Assembly: GCF_001194135.2 (NCBI RefSeq)
Contig: NC_068998.1
Span: 35,431,038 to 35,463,286 of the forward strand
From: Octopus bimaculoides
Taxonomy: Eukaryota
Direction of reading: 5' to 3'
Length of the DNA stretch: 32,249 nt
A program made the translations under genes and the position numbers. This document shows positions 20,646-30,790 of the stretch, one piece after another (within the stretch, counting starts at the first letter, position 1; every line of letters starts with the position of its first letter). The notes beneath the pieces were generated by a model, which saw nothing but the letters and a program-made list of their open reading frames with translations, made no database searches and was not told where the DNA came from.

Positions 20646-20800
20646 ACACACACACATATAGCGGGATTCTTCCATTTTTCGTCTATCGAATCCAGTTACT
20701 AAGTTTTTATTGGTACCGGACTATAAAAGACACTTGCGCAAGGTGTCACGAAGTGGGATTGAACATGGAGTCATATGGCTGCTCGCGCCTTCACTTCTCT
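20388..20800 (-). mobile_element. SINE family A, near full length, inverted relative to 19764
   Basis: ttacttgtttcagtcatttgactgtggccatactggggcattgcctt...cggttgtcaagcg...(CA)n...cacttgcgcaaggtgtcacgaagtgggattgaac. Confidence 0.85.
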
Positions 20801-21185
20801 ACCCCTATATTTACATGGCTTTTTAAAACAAGTTTGAGTAGAGAACGTTATCGTCTTAAGTAATCTGAAATAGTTATATGGGATCGAACCTGAATGGCGG
20901 CCTCAATTACCATGGTCATCCATTTTTCTGCATGGTACCCCAATTTATAAGGGAGTTCAAATATGATTTAGTGATTTTCATACATATTTTTGGAAGAAAC
21001 CATTAGCGACATAGTTGAAATAAAATGGACATCACCGAGATAGAAAATGGATTGAAATTTCAACACGCCCGGAGCATTCCTGTTTTTCTTCATGGGCCTA
21101 CCAAATCAGAAATAAATATGTATAATTTCTTACGTTAAGACAAACTATAAGATGCGACAAGTTGATGTGATAATTGTACCGTTGT

Positions 21186-21348
21186 CATGGCTGTGTGATT
21201 AAGAAGATAATTTTTCAATCGTGTGCTTTCGGGTACAATCCCACTACGCGGCACCTTAAGTGTCTTCTACTGTAGCCCCGGACCGAGCAATGCCCGGGTG
21301 AATTTGGTAGCCGGGAACTGTGTGTAATCACATCGTATGTATGTATAT

Positions 21349-21399
<51 letters not shown>

Positions 21400-21446
21400 C
21401 GAGGGGATTCCACACAGTTTCCGGCAGATTCCACAGNNNNNNNNNN

Positions 21447-21497
<51 letters not shown>

Positions 21498-21755
21498 TAC
21501 ACGTGTGTGTGTGTGTGCGCGCGTGCTTCTTTGTTTCCGTGTTTGTTGCACTTCTCACACTGCTTGACAGCCGGAGTTCGTTTGCATATATCTCTGTAAG
21601 CGAGGAGTTCGGCAAAAATGACCAATAGCATAAATACGAGTCCTATAAAAGAATGTTTTGGGAGCGATCTGTTCGTTCAAAATAAACCTTCAAGGCAGAG
21701 TCTCAGCATGTGGCTGCAGTCCAATGAGTGAAACAAGAAAACTAAAAAAGATAAG
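21186..21755 (+). mobile_element. SINE family A, interrupted by (TA)n and a 10-N gap
   Basis: catggctgtgtgattaagaag...cccactacgcggcaccttaagtgtcttctactgtagcccc...gcttgacagccgg...gttcggcaaaaatgacc...gcagtccaatgagtgaaacaag. Confidence 0.8.
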
Positions 21756-22074
21756 GAGACCCTTTCTTTCGTAAAGTGTAATGACAAGATCTTACTGGTA
21801 ATAATTATTTGACACGACACAGAATGAAAGTAAAATTGACCCCCAGCATAAAGGAACCAAACAAAACACTGTTAGACAGTCAATTAGGAGTGATGCTACA
21901 GTTTATTTCTCTGCACCGTCTTATGAAAATATGGTGTCCGTAAATTACCTTTGCAATTTGGGTGTACATAATTGTAAAGATAATTTATGGACATCTATAC
22001 TGTCTTACAAATAGTTCCAGCGGCGAAAAGCTTCATATTATTTGTATGCTACTCGTTCTAATTTTCACCAGCTC

Positions 22075-22121
22075 TTGAATCGATGAAAAGCAAACTTAAC
22101 CTTGGTGGAATTTAAACTCAG
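22075..22121 (-). mobile_element. SINE family B fragment (B-box region)
   Basis: gatgaaaagcaaacttaaccttggtggaatttaaactcag. Confidence 0.55.
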
Positions 22122-22129
22122 GAGTTTAT

Positions 22130-22322
22130 CTTTTACGTGTTTCAGTCAGTGGACGGCGGCCATGCTGGTTCACTGCGTTGAATGACTTAGTTGAATAAAT
22201 CAACCTCATTGCTTATTTTGGGGCTTGGTATTTATTCGATCGCTTTCATTTTACTGAACTGCTATGTCACAGGGGCGTCAACAAGCCAACACCAGTTGTC
22301 AAGTGATGGCAGAGACACACAT
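22130..22322 (-). mobile_element. SINE family A, 3' half
   Basis: tgtttcagtcagtggacggcggccatgctgg...ccaacaccagttgtcaagtgatg. Confidence 0.7.
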
Positions 22323-22864
22323 TCAAGTAAAGGATAAAAGAAATATATTGTGGCAATTAGTTTTTTTTTTTACTCAGAGGGAGTTTCCATTATTCAACTC
22401 ATTTTGTTATTAGCAATTAATTGGTTCGCAAGCATTGGAAGTTTAAAAATAGGTGACCTAAGCAGTTGTTGAACTTGAACTGAGAATTAGAAAAGTTTAT
22501 GTTAAACGGAGCATCAAAACAAAAAGAAAAAACATGTTGAAAATTTTGACGTCAAATTTATTCTATGACCTCAATTTTGAGAAATAGAGAAATATACAAA
22601 ATGCATAGCTTTTTTTTTTTTTTTGTTCTGTCACATTTATTCAATGTCATTGCAACGGGTTGACATTTGAAGTCAGTAGAAAATATGAACAAACTTGGGA
22701 TTATTGTCAATATTGTACAAACTTGGTATAGAAGCTATGTCATCTCTCCACGCAGTGGGAGTAGCAATGGTTGTATCGGCTGTCAACGAAACTAGCAGAA
22801 TAAAAGGTAACAAACACCCTTTAGACGGCAGTAGGCACTAAATCGTTTTTTCCTTTGTTGATCT

Positions 22865-23040
22865 TAAACCAGCAGTTTTGAGGTGGAGAAGGTCGATGTA
22901 ATCGACCTTTTCCGATTGGTACTTATTTTATCGACTTCGAAAGGATGAAATGCAAAATCGATACTGCCGGAACTCGAACTCAGAACGTAAAACTGGAAGA
23001 AATGTCACTAGGCATTTTGTCCAGCGTGTTATCGTTTCTT
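22865..23040 (-). mobile_element. SINE family B, older copy, 5'-truncated at AAGAAACG
   Basis: ggtacttattttatcgacttcgaaaggatgaaatgc...gaactcagaacgtaa...ggcattttgtccagcgtgttatcgtttctt. Confidence 0.75.
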
Positions 23041-23257
23041 AATTCTTTATTGCCCACAAGGGGCTAAACATAGAGGGGACAAACAAGGACGGACAAACGG
23101 ATTAAGTCGATTACATCGACCCCAGTGCGTAACTGGTAGTTAATTTATCGACCCCGGAAGGATGAAAGGCAAAGTTGACCTCGGCGGAATTTGAACTCAG
23201 AACGTAACGACAGACGAAATACCGCTAAGCATTTCGCCCGGCGTGCTAACGTTTCTT
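23041..23257 (-). mobile_element. SINE family B, young-looking copy with tail type 3, 5'-truncated at AAGAAACG
   Basis: Clean internal sequence. Distinct tail ...gtccttgtttgtcccctctatgtttagccccttgtgggcaataaagaatt (minus strand). A 12-bp tandem duplication tttagaaggcac (23256-23279) abuts its 5' end. Confidence 0.88.
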
Positions 23258-23531
23258 TAGAAGGCACTTTAGAAGGCACAAATAAAAACAGTAGATGTGT
23301 GACGTCAGTGATAGTAGACGTGTGAAATACTTCAAAAGATAGCACCAGCAGCAGATGTGTAAAATGTTTGGTAATAAATGCATCAAATATTCACTAAACA
23401 GCAGTAGTGATCATTTAAATGTCCTTCGTCAATCGACAATTAACCAGTCCATTGACCGGTCTGTGTCAGCAGTTGTAGATGAGTAAAATTTCTGATGGTA
23501 TTGATAATATATGATCTGCGAAACTCACTAT

Positions 23532-23836
23532 CCGATAGATGGCGTTAGGTATCACTGGCCTGTGAGAGGATGTAACCAACTATTTGATAGCTAGCACAGT
23601 ATTAGTTGATAATGTGTCAAATGCCATGTAGATGGCAGTATCGAAGATAATGCTGTGTATGTCCGATAAATATCGATAATAATAGTAGTAGTAATAGTGA
23701 TAAGATGATGCGGCGAATGTTCGATAAATGGCAGGAACAATAATCTTTTTAAAGATAGATGGCACTAATGGTAGATATTATGTGATAGTTGGCAGCAGTA
23801 GTATATTATCTGAAAAGCGTCCGACAGGTGGCAGTA
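23532..23836 (+). promoter_or_regulatory. Cluster of six CTCF-like motifs (consensus nnGAYAGRTGGCRSTA)
   Basis: CCGATAGATGGCGTTA 23532, CATGTAGATGGCAGTA 23625, TCGATAAATGGCAGGA 23721, AAGATAGATGGCACTA 23752, GTGATAGTTGGCAGCA 23782, CCGACAGGTGGCAGTA 23821, all on one strand. Confidence 0.4.
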
Positions 23837-24669
23837 GCTATAGATAATACATCAACTGTCCAGTAGCTGGCAAAACACAAATCTCAAGATGTCGTATAAG
23901 AATGGTGTGTGTGATTAAATGTATGTGTGTGTATGTAATTTTTTTTTGTACACGTGTGCGCGTGTGTATGAGCGTAAAATAATTTCTGGATTTCAATCTG
24001 AAGGAGGATGAAATACCATTTTCCAGCTTTTGTACTGAATTGAAATGACCGTTCATATAAATATATATATATATANNNNNNNNNNNNNNNNNNNNNNNNN
24101 NNNNNNNNNNNNNNNNNNNNNNNNNNNNNNNNNNNNNNNNNNNNNNNNNNNNNNNNNNNNNNNNNNNNNNNNNNNNNNNNNNNNNNNNNNNNNNNNNNNN
24201 NNNNNNNNNNNNNNNNNNNNNNNNNNNNNNNNNNNNNNNNNNNNNNNNNNNNNNNNNNNNNNNNNNNNNNNNNNNNNNNNNNNNNNNNNNNNNNNNNNNN
24301 NNNNNNNNNNNNNNNNNNNNNNNNNNNNNNNNNNNNNNNNNNNNNNNNNNNNNNNNNNNNNNNNNNNNNNCTGTTCTGTACCTGTTTTCTTTTTTTTTTT
24401 TAACAGAACATATAAAGGAATCGTTAATTCAAACTTTTGGTCCACAATCGAAGAAAAATCAAGCTAAAACCAATTCTATGAAACCAAATCTATGAAAGAA
24501 CAACCACAGTTCTGTAAAAGATGAATAAGGAATTATAGATCTTTGTATGTAACGAACAGGGAAGTTCGTATTCCAGACGATCTGGAATGCCAAGATTTTT
24601 TCCGGTAATGAAGGCTGAACATTTATGAAGTGAAATTTGATGAATTTCGAAAATGTCAAATTTTTATTT

Positions 24670-25824
24670 TCATGGATTGTTTTTGCAGCAACACGCACCA
24701 AAAATGTTATCAAGTAAAATAAAAAGTTCTTTCCGAAAGCGGAGATTGAAAATACCATAAATAAATGGATTGATTGCATTGTTGAAGAAGTAAGAACGAA
24801 ATGATAGATTGTAAAGAACGTCTCCTGTGGTGCCAAGTGAAGTTCGGAAGTCTTCGACGACAATTTTACATGTGACCATGACCAGATGAGGTAAATAGCT
24901 AACAATCCATAGTAATGTAATGAGAAACATAATAACAGTGGTCCTTGATACCCTCACTGAATTTGACTGTCGATGGTCGACTGGACTGCTCATGGGACGA
25001 GATATCTTCTGGCGGGACTGCTTGTGCAGCTTCAGGTCATCCTCCACATTGTCACTGCTGGAAGAAATAGCAGCAGACATACGGTCATTGGATGGATGCG
25101 TGAAAACTACTTTTTGCATTCTTCCTTGATTCTTCTTCTTCTTATGCCTCCACACATAAATTCCGATGAGAAAGTATAAAGTCATCAAAACCATAAATAC
25201 AGCAAAACAGGTTACCAGTAGAGAACAGTAGTAGGCTAACGGATATATAGTGTCTTTTAAGCCTTCAGCAATTGAGCATTCTTCACCAATAATTCCACTG
25301 ATACGTGTTGGGACTCTTTGTTTTCCAAAAACCAAAAATGCTGGTGTCGCTAACAATATTGACGAAAACACCAACACTGCTGACGCAACTTTAGCTGAAC
25401 GACGCGAAAAATGTCTACCAAGTGGACGACAAACGCGTAAATATCTATCAACGGATATAACAAATATAATTAAAGCTGATGTGATTGTTCCCACAGCCAC
25501 AATAAAACGTATCAGGCGACATGCTATGTCACTGTGAAAGGTCAAAGGGAATCGTAGACCGACGATTTCAACTGGCATAGAAATTAAACAACTGAGTAAA
25601 TCACAAGCGCTAAGAACGGCTACAAACAAATTTGTCGCCGTTTTCTCCAATTTGCAGTAATATATGTAAGATACAGCGCTGTTTCCGATTGCTCCAAATA
25701 GCATAGAAATACCAACATAAAAAATTACAGGTAAATACGTGTCTGCTTTTTCAGCATTTAGCATTTCTAGGATATTGGCAGAGCCGTTAATACTACTGTT
25801 AATTGCCATTTTTATCGTATTCAT
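24670..25824 (-). CDS. Class A (rhodopsin-like) 7TM GPCR, paralogue of GPCR-1 (GPCR-2), 384 aa (379 aa if the ATG at 25809 is used)
   Basis: Uninterrupted ORF: TM1 GN, CDL (D2.50), C3.25, DRY, TM6 SYLP, TM7 NPFIY, helix 8 RFRKEL, C-tail CCC. N-terminal sequons NSS and NGS. The ORF-track start at 25854 is TTG. The ATG at 25809 has the better Kozak context (aaaATGg). AATAAA follows the stop at 24663-24668. Confidence 0.95.
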   Translation of the reverse strand: MNTIKMAINSSINGSANILEMLNAEKADTYLPVIFYVGISMLFGAIGNSAVSYIYYCKLEKTATNLFVAVLSACDLLSCLISMPVEIVGLRFPLTFHSDIACRLIRFIVAVGTITSALIIFVISVDRYLRVCRPLGRHFSRRSAKVASAVLVFSSILLATPAFLVFGKQRVPTRISGIIGEECSIAEGLKDTIYPLAYYCSLLVTCFAVFMVLMTLYFLIGIYVWRHKKKKNQGRMQKVVFTHPSNDRMSAAISSSSDNVEDDLKLHKQSRQKISRPMSSPVDHRQSNSVRVSRTTVIMFLITLLWIVSYLPHLVMVTCKIVVEDFRTSLGTTGDVLYNLSFRSYFFNNAINPFIYGIFNLRFRKELFILLDNIFGACCCKNNP

Positions 25825-25900
25825 TGACTTTAGAGAAATGAACTGCTTTTCCAACTTTTGAAGATGGCCTTTGGATTTTCATAGGGTTCTGGGATATTTT

Positions 25901-25925
25901 CTGAAAAGACAAAAGAAAATTGATT
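25901..25925 (-). promoter_or_regulatory. Putative 3' splice acceptor upstream of the GPCR-2 coding exon
   Basis: Minus strand attttcttttgtcttttcag|aaaatatc: polypyrimidine tract plus CAG. The exon would start at 25900. Confidence 0.65.
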
Positions 25926-26008
25926 TATAAATATTGCAATTTTAAGAAGAAAGTTTACGTTTCTTATTGGAAGAATTAACAATCGATATCAGACACAGTT
26001 GAAGTTGT

Positions 26009-26029
26009 GATTATTATTATTATTATTAA

Positions 26030-26083
<54 letters not shown>

Positions 26084-26100
26084 CATTATTATTATTATTA
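26009..26100. repeat. (ATT)n microsatellite, about 30 units
   Basis: Direct reading. Confidence 0.95.
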
Positions 26101-26124
26101 AGGCAATATTCAGAAAATTGATTT

Positions 26125-26520
26125 AATATTGGACATTTAACCGAGAGATCGGCAGTTCGTGTTCTGCTACGGAAACTACTCTACAAATTCACAACGACCC
26201 AAATCAATAAACTTTCATACAAAACTCCCAGCAAAAAAGAGACCCTCTATGTGGCCAATTAACCTGATAGAAGTATCAGCCAAATAATCCTCAAATCACA
26301 ACCAACCGTCTTTTAAGAAAATGAAGGAAACATTTCGAAAATGTGTTTGATATTCGATACACATTGGATTATATAGTACCAAATACACTATGTGGGAAAA
26401 GAAAGACGTGACGATCTGCTCGATCGGCATGACTTTCACATAAATACCAATGCACCTAGCCAAGAAAGAAGATTCTACGAGTTCGCTTGACTGGCTAGAA
26501 ATAGCAGCCAAATCACCCTC
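26125..26520 (+). mobile_element. Interspersed repeat family D, decayed, partly duplicated
   Basis: gaagtatcagccaaataatcctcaaatcacaaccaaccgtc and ctagaaatagcagccaaatcaccctc match the reverse complement of 9390-9460. Confidence 0.5.
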
Positions 26521-27200
26521 GTACGAAACTTTACTTTCCTTTATTCGCTATTATTTGTTATTTTTATTGGCTCGGAAGAAAGAACTACGCCCATAGCCTT
26601 TGCAGACCCTACCTCCAACCCAGACCGTTGAGATTGACATCGTTAATGTTCCTCTTAAAATGTACCGTTGATGATTACGGGAAGGAGAAACAAAAAGGGC
26701 AGGGAAAAAATTCCAGAGGGTCAACGTTTAGGGAGGAAGAAGTGGTTAAGTGGTTATTTCAGGGACAGAATGGGGACAAAATATGGGGAACGAAGAAAAA
26801 GAGAGCATAATTGTTGGGAAGTATCTGACTTGAGTGATACTAAAGCAGTCAGTTTTGGGGAGCAGAAGCCACACTAGTAATAGTTAAATACCTGCGTGAG
26901 TCTGTCAAGTGGTCTTTTAAGGATGGATCAAAGATTTTTCTTTGTGCATTGGCAGCACCGACCCAAATGCAGGATCAGTGCTTAAGTGGGTCTCATTTGA
27001 GTTTTGTAAAATGCTTAGAAGTAATTATGGATGAGGTATTGTGTGAATCCGCAGAAGGAAGACAATTCTTTATGATAGTTTTTGCTATGTTGAGGACGTA
27101 TAATCACTAGAACTTCTTGTTGGTGAGTCCTCCTATTTGAACTTGAGAGACCATATTGCATGTTGTTTTCTTGATATGTTCTGTGATTGTGATTCATTGT

Positions 27201-27460
27201 TACAGGTCTATCTTTCTCACATCACGAAAGTCATTGAACGTATTATCAGAGGGACACAGATTCCATTCTAAGAAAATTGTGGAGTTGCTAAGTGATACCC
27301 AGCAACGATTCTGTCCAGAAACAGCTCCTACAGCATTATGACGGTGAATTTCAGAATTTAAAGAGCAACTCAATCACTCAAACATGGATGCCATACATAT
27401 CGACTTTACGAAGACTTTCGCTAAAGTTGATCATGGAATATGCTACAAATTATTTGATCA
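27201..27460 (+). mobile_element. LINE reverse transcriptase relic (CR1/L2/Jockey-type N-terminal RT motifs)
   Basis: Across frameshifts: YRSIFLTS / HITKVIERII / LLSDTQQRFCP / QLLQHYD / NMDAIHIDFTKTFAKVDHG, matching YRPISLTS...SDxQHGFR...DAIYIDFxKAFDKVDH. Confidence 0.8.
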
Positions 27461-27801
27461 CTCCATAGAGGAAGGAAAAAGTAATTGTTACGAATGAGCT
27501 ATTTTGTGCCCTTCTAGTCATTATTGGGTTGAGAGTGTACAGTTACCAGAAATCCCCAACGTTGGTGAGCCCTTGCATTTGAGGCGACCTTGAGGGATCT
27601 AGTAATTGTGTCTCTTTGTTGTTGAAGAATGCAAAATTGGCAAACATTGGCGGTTGCTCTCGAGGTTTCCATATATGGGGTCAGTACTAGTTTGGTATGT
27701 TCAATCTAGTTTCTTTGTCGATGACGTGTGCGCATGTGAAGGGTTAAGGAGAAATGGTGGGTGATACCATCTCCATACGTCGTGAGAGCCTTTTTGGAGA
27801 A

Positions 27802-27823
27802 TGTGAGATGCTAGCATCTCACA
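27802..27823. other. Perfect 22-bp palindrome
   Basis: tgtgagatgct|agcatctcaca. Confidence 0.95.
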
Positions 27824-29053
27824 GTTTAGGTAGGTGGCACTGCGAGCTGATCTAGGTGTATACACACCATTTGTCAAAACCTGACAAAACGCAGTGAGTA
27901 GCGTGTTCTCCAGTTCGAACGTGCATCAGGCATATTCGGACTCATAATAACCTTACAATTTCACTTATCACTGCTTAGCGCTCACCCGCTATAAACACGT
28001 ATAATTGATCTGCTGTTAAAAAGACACAAAATATCGGAAGGAGACAAAAATTTGTCTATGTAGCGTCTCTCGTGAACGCCAGATGCATTTCAGCCTTTTG
28101 GGAACTTTTTCAATGGCGGATGCTCACAGCAAGCCTCGTGCTCGGACGAAAATTCGTCGCCTCTGATATAGGAAACAATGAACAGAGCGTTCACTGATGT
28201 CGGCAGTAGACTTCTGTCTGAAGAATAAATCCAGTATGAGGCGAAGAATTCGCGTCCGAACATGCAGTGCCCTGCGAATAAGGCAAGACCCAGAAATTCT
28301 TAATATAGAAAACATGTAGTATTGCTGAAATGATTTGAACTTATACACTGAAATATTTATCGAGGTAAAGAGTAACTATAAGAGGAATTCAGGTGAGTTG
28401 ATATGGAGATAATGATGCAAATAAACAAATAAACACGTTTGAGCTTGATATACAGAACATTCATACATACACACATACATACATGTATATANNNNNNNNN
28501 NNNNNNNNNNNNNNNNNNNNNNNNNNNNNNNNNNNNNNNNNNNNNNNNNNNNNNNNNNNNNNNNNNNNNNNNNNNNNNNNNNNNNNNNNNNNNNNNNNNN
28601 NNNNNNNNNNNNNNNNNNNNNNNNNNNNNNNNNNNNNNNNNNNNNNNNNNNNNNNNNNNNNNNNNNNNNNNNNNNNNNNNNNNNNNNNNNNNNNNNNNNN
28701 NNNNNNNNNNNNNNNNNNNNNNNNNNNNNNNNNNNNNNNNNNNNNNNNNNNNNNNNNNNNNNNNNNNNNNNNNNNNNNNNNNNNNNNNNNNNNNNNNNNN
28801 NNNNNNNNNNNNNNNNNNNNNNNNNNNNNNNNNNNNNNNNNNNNNNNNNNNNNNNNNNNNNNNNNNNNNNNNNNNNNNNNNNNNNNNNNNNNNNNNNNNN
28901 NNNNNNNNNNNNNNNNNNNNNNNNNNNNNNNNNNNNNNNNNNNNNNNNNNNNNNNNNNNNNNNNNNNNNNNNNNNNNNNNNNNNNNNNNNNNNNNNNNNN
29001 NNNNNNNNNNNNNNNNNNNNNNNNNNNNNNNNNNNNNNNNNNNNNNNNNNNNN

Positions 29054-29094
<41 letters not shown>

Positions 29095-29209
29095 AAGAAA
29101 ACAAGGACAGGTCATTCGGAGTTTTCTTTCCTCAGTCGAGATCCAGATTATCTTTGCAATTTCGGGTGGTTATTCTCGATATTGCTCCAATCTAGCCAAC
29201 CCCAAGGAA

Positions 29210-29446
29210 AAACTAAGCCAACACCAGTTGTTAAGCACAGACTCAAAGACACATACACACCTAGATATATACATAATATTTACGACGGGTTTCTTTCAGT
29301 TTCCGTCAACCAAATCCACTTATGAGGCTTTGGTCAGCCTGAGGCTATACTAGAAGACACTTGCCCAAGATGCCACGCAGTGGGACTGAACCCGGTGACA
29401 TATGGTTGGGAAACAAGCTTCTTATCACACAACCACCCCTGCACCT
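29210..29446 (-). mobile_element. SINE family A
   Basis: ttctttcagtttccgtcaaccaaatccact...gaagacacttgcccaagatgccacgcagtgggactgaacccgg...cacacaaccacccctgcacct. Confidence 0.85.
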
Positions 29447-30299
29447 ATACGAAATACAAAATAGAAAAACATTCTACATCTTATGGTGCAGACAATGACC
29501 GGTTGTAAATGACAATACGTTGTGCTTTTTCTTTTTAGGTGTAACTAATGCTATCATTATTGTTGTATTTCGAGATGGTAGTTTTTAATTTAAATTTTTT
29601 TTTTTTGCCATATAAGCACAAATAGTATATATTTGTTCTTCACTAGTTTATTCTTCTTCTTATTGTATCTTATGTCCATTGCCGGGAAATCCTTTGTCCT
29701 TCTATGAAGGAGGGTATGGACTAAACAGAGCAGGAGGATACAGTTGGATGGAAAAGGTCGCTGAAGAGGTCACAGAGGTGTGACGAAAGATTTTCAGACA
29801 ATGAACATAAGATAAAATAAGAACAATAATAATCGAGTGAAGAACGAATATATATGTAGTGCGTCTGTTTATTTGGCAAGAAAAAAAAGAAAAGAAAAAA
29901 AACATCCAGAAAATATGGCAATATCTGTTTGAATGCACGGTATCACAAATTCGTAAACGCAATGCTATTATTATTGGCCTAAATTTCATCGTAACATTCG
30001 TATCACTTAATTAATACAATAATTTCAACCAAATTAAACTGATAGCCGCAACAAGCTGCAATTCGGGACTTGCAACTCAGAAACTCTCACAAACAAGCCT
30101 GAGTTACAATTAACATGGCTAGAACAAAACAGAGGGAAAATAAAGGAAAAAATAGAGAGAGCTAACAAAATTGCCCTTTTTTAAAAAATTTGTTCGAAAA
30201 CTACCCACAAATTTAGAAGTAACTGCAGTTGGTTTATTTGACCTTAAATCAAGATAGCAGTCTTCCTTCTCTCTATCTCTATCACTGTTTCTCTTTTGC

Positions 30300-30690
30300 A
30301 CTGTCCATCTCTCTCTTTCTCATACATGCATACACAATCTCTCTCACTCTTACTCACTCTGTTACACACACAAACACATACACTCATGCACACTCTCACT
30401 CACTCACTCTCACTCACACTTTCACTCTCACACACACACTCACTATCGCACTATCTAACTCTCTCACACACACAAACTCACGCACACACATGTACTAAGT
30501 CTATCGCTCTCTTTCACAAAAACACATTCACTGTCTCCCTCACACACACAGACATACACACACACAAACACATACACAAACACAAACACATACACGCACA
30601 CAAACACGTACACACTCTCGCTTTTTCACACACACTGACTCTCACACACACACTCTTTCCATTTTTCTCTTTCTCTGTCTCCCTGCAAAT

Positions 30691-30744
<54 letters not shown>

Positions 30745-30790
30745 GTGTGTGTGTGTGTGAGTGTGTGTGCGTGTGTGCGTCTGTGTCTGT
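30300..30790. repeat. Degenerate (CA/CT)n low-complexity tract followed by (TG)n(AG)n
   Basis: Direct reading; explains the His/Thr/Leu-rich ORFs in the track. Confidence 0.85.

Noticed and set aside
21301-21436. Inverted ~31-bp SINE segment forming a hairpin around a (TA)n tract
   Set aside because: It ends at a 10-N gap and (TA)n is self-complementary, so a contig mis-join with another SINE copy is the simplest explanation.
28000-28330. Possible Tc1/mariner N-terminal HTH relic
   Set aside because: Only vague resemblance; no catalytic motifs or TIRs.
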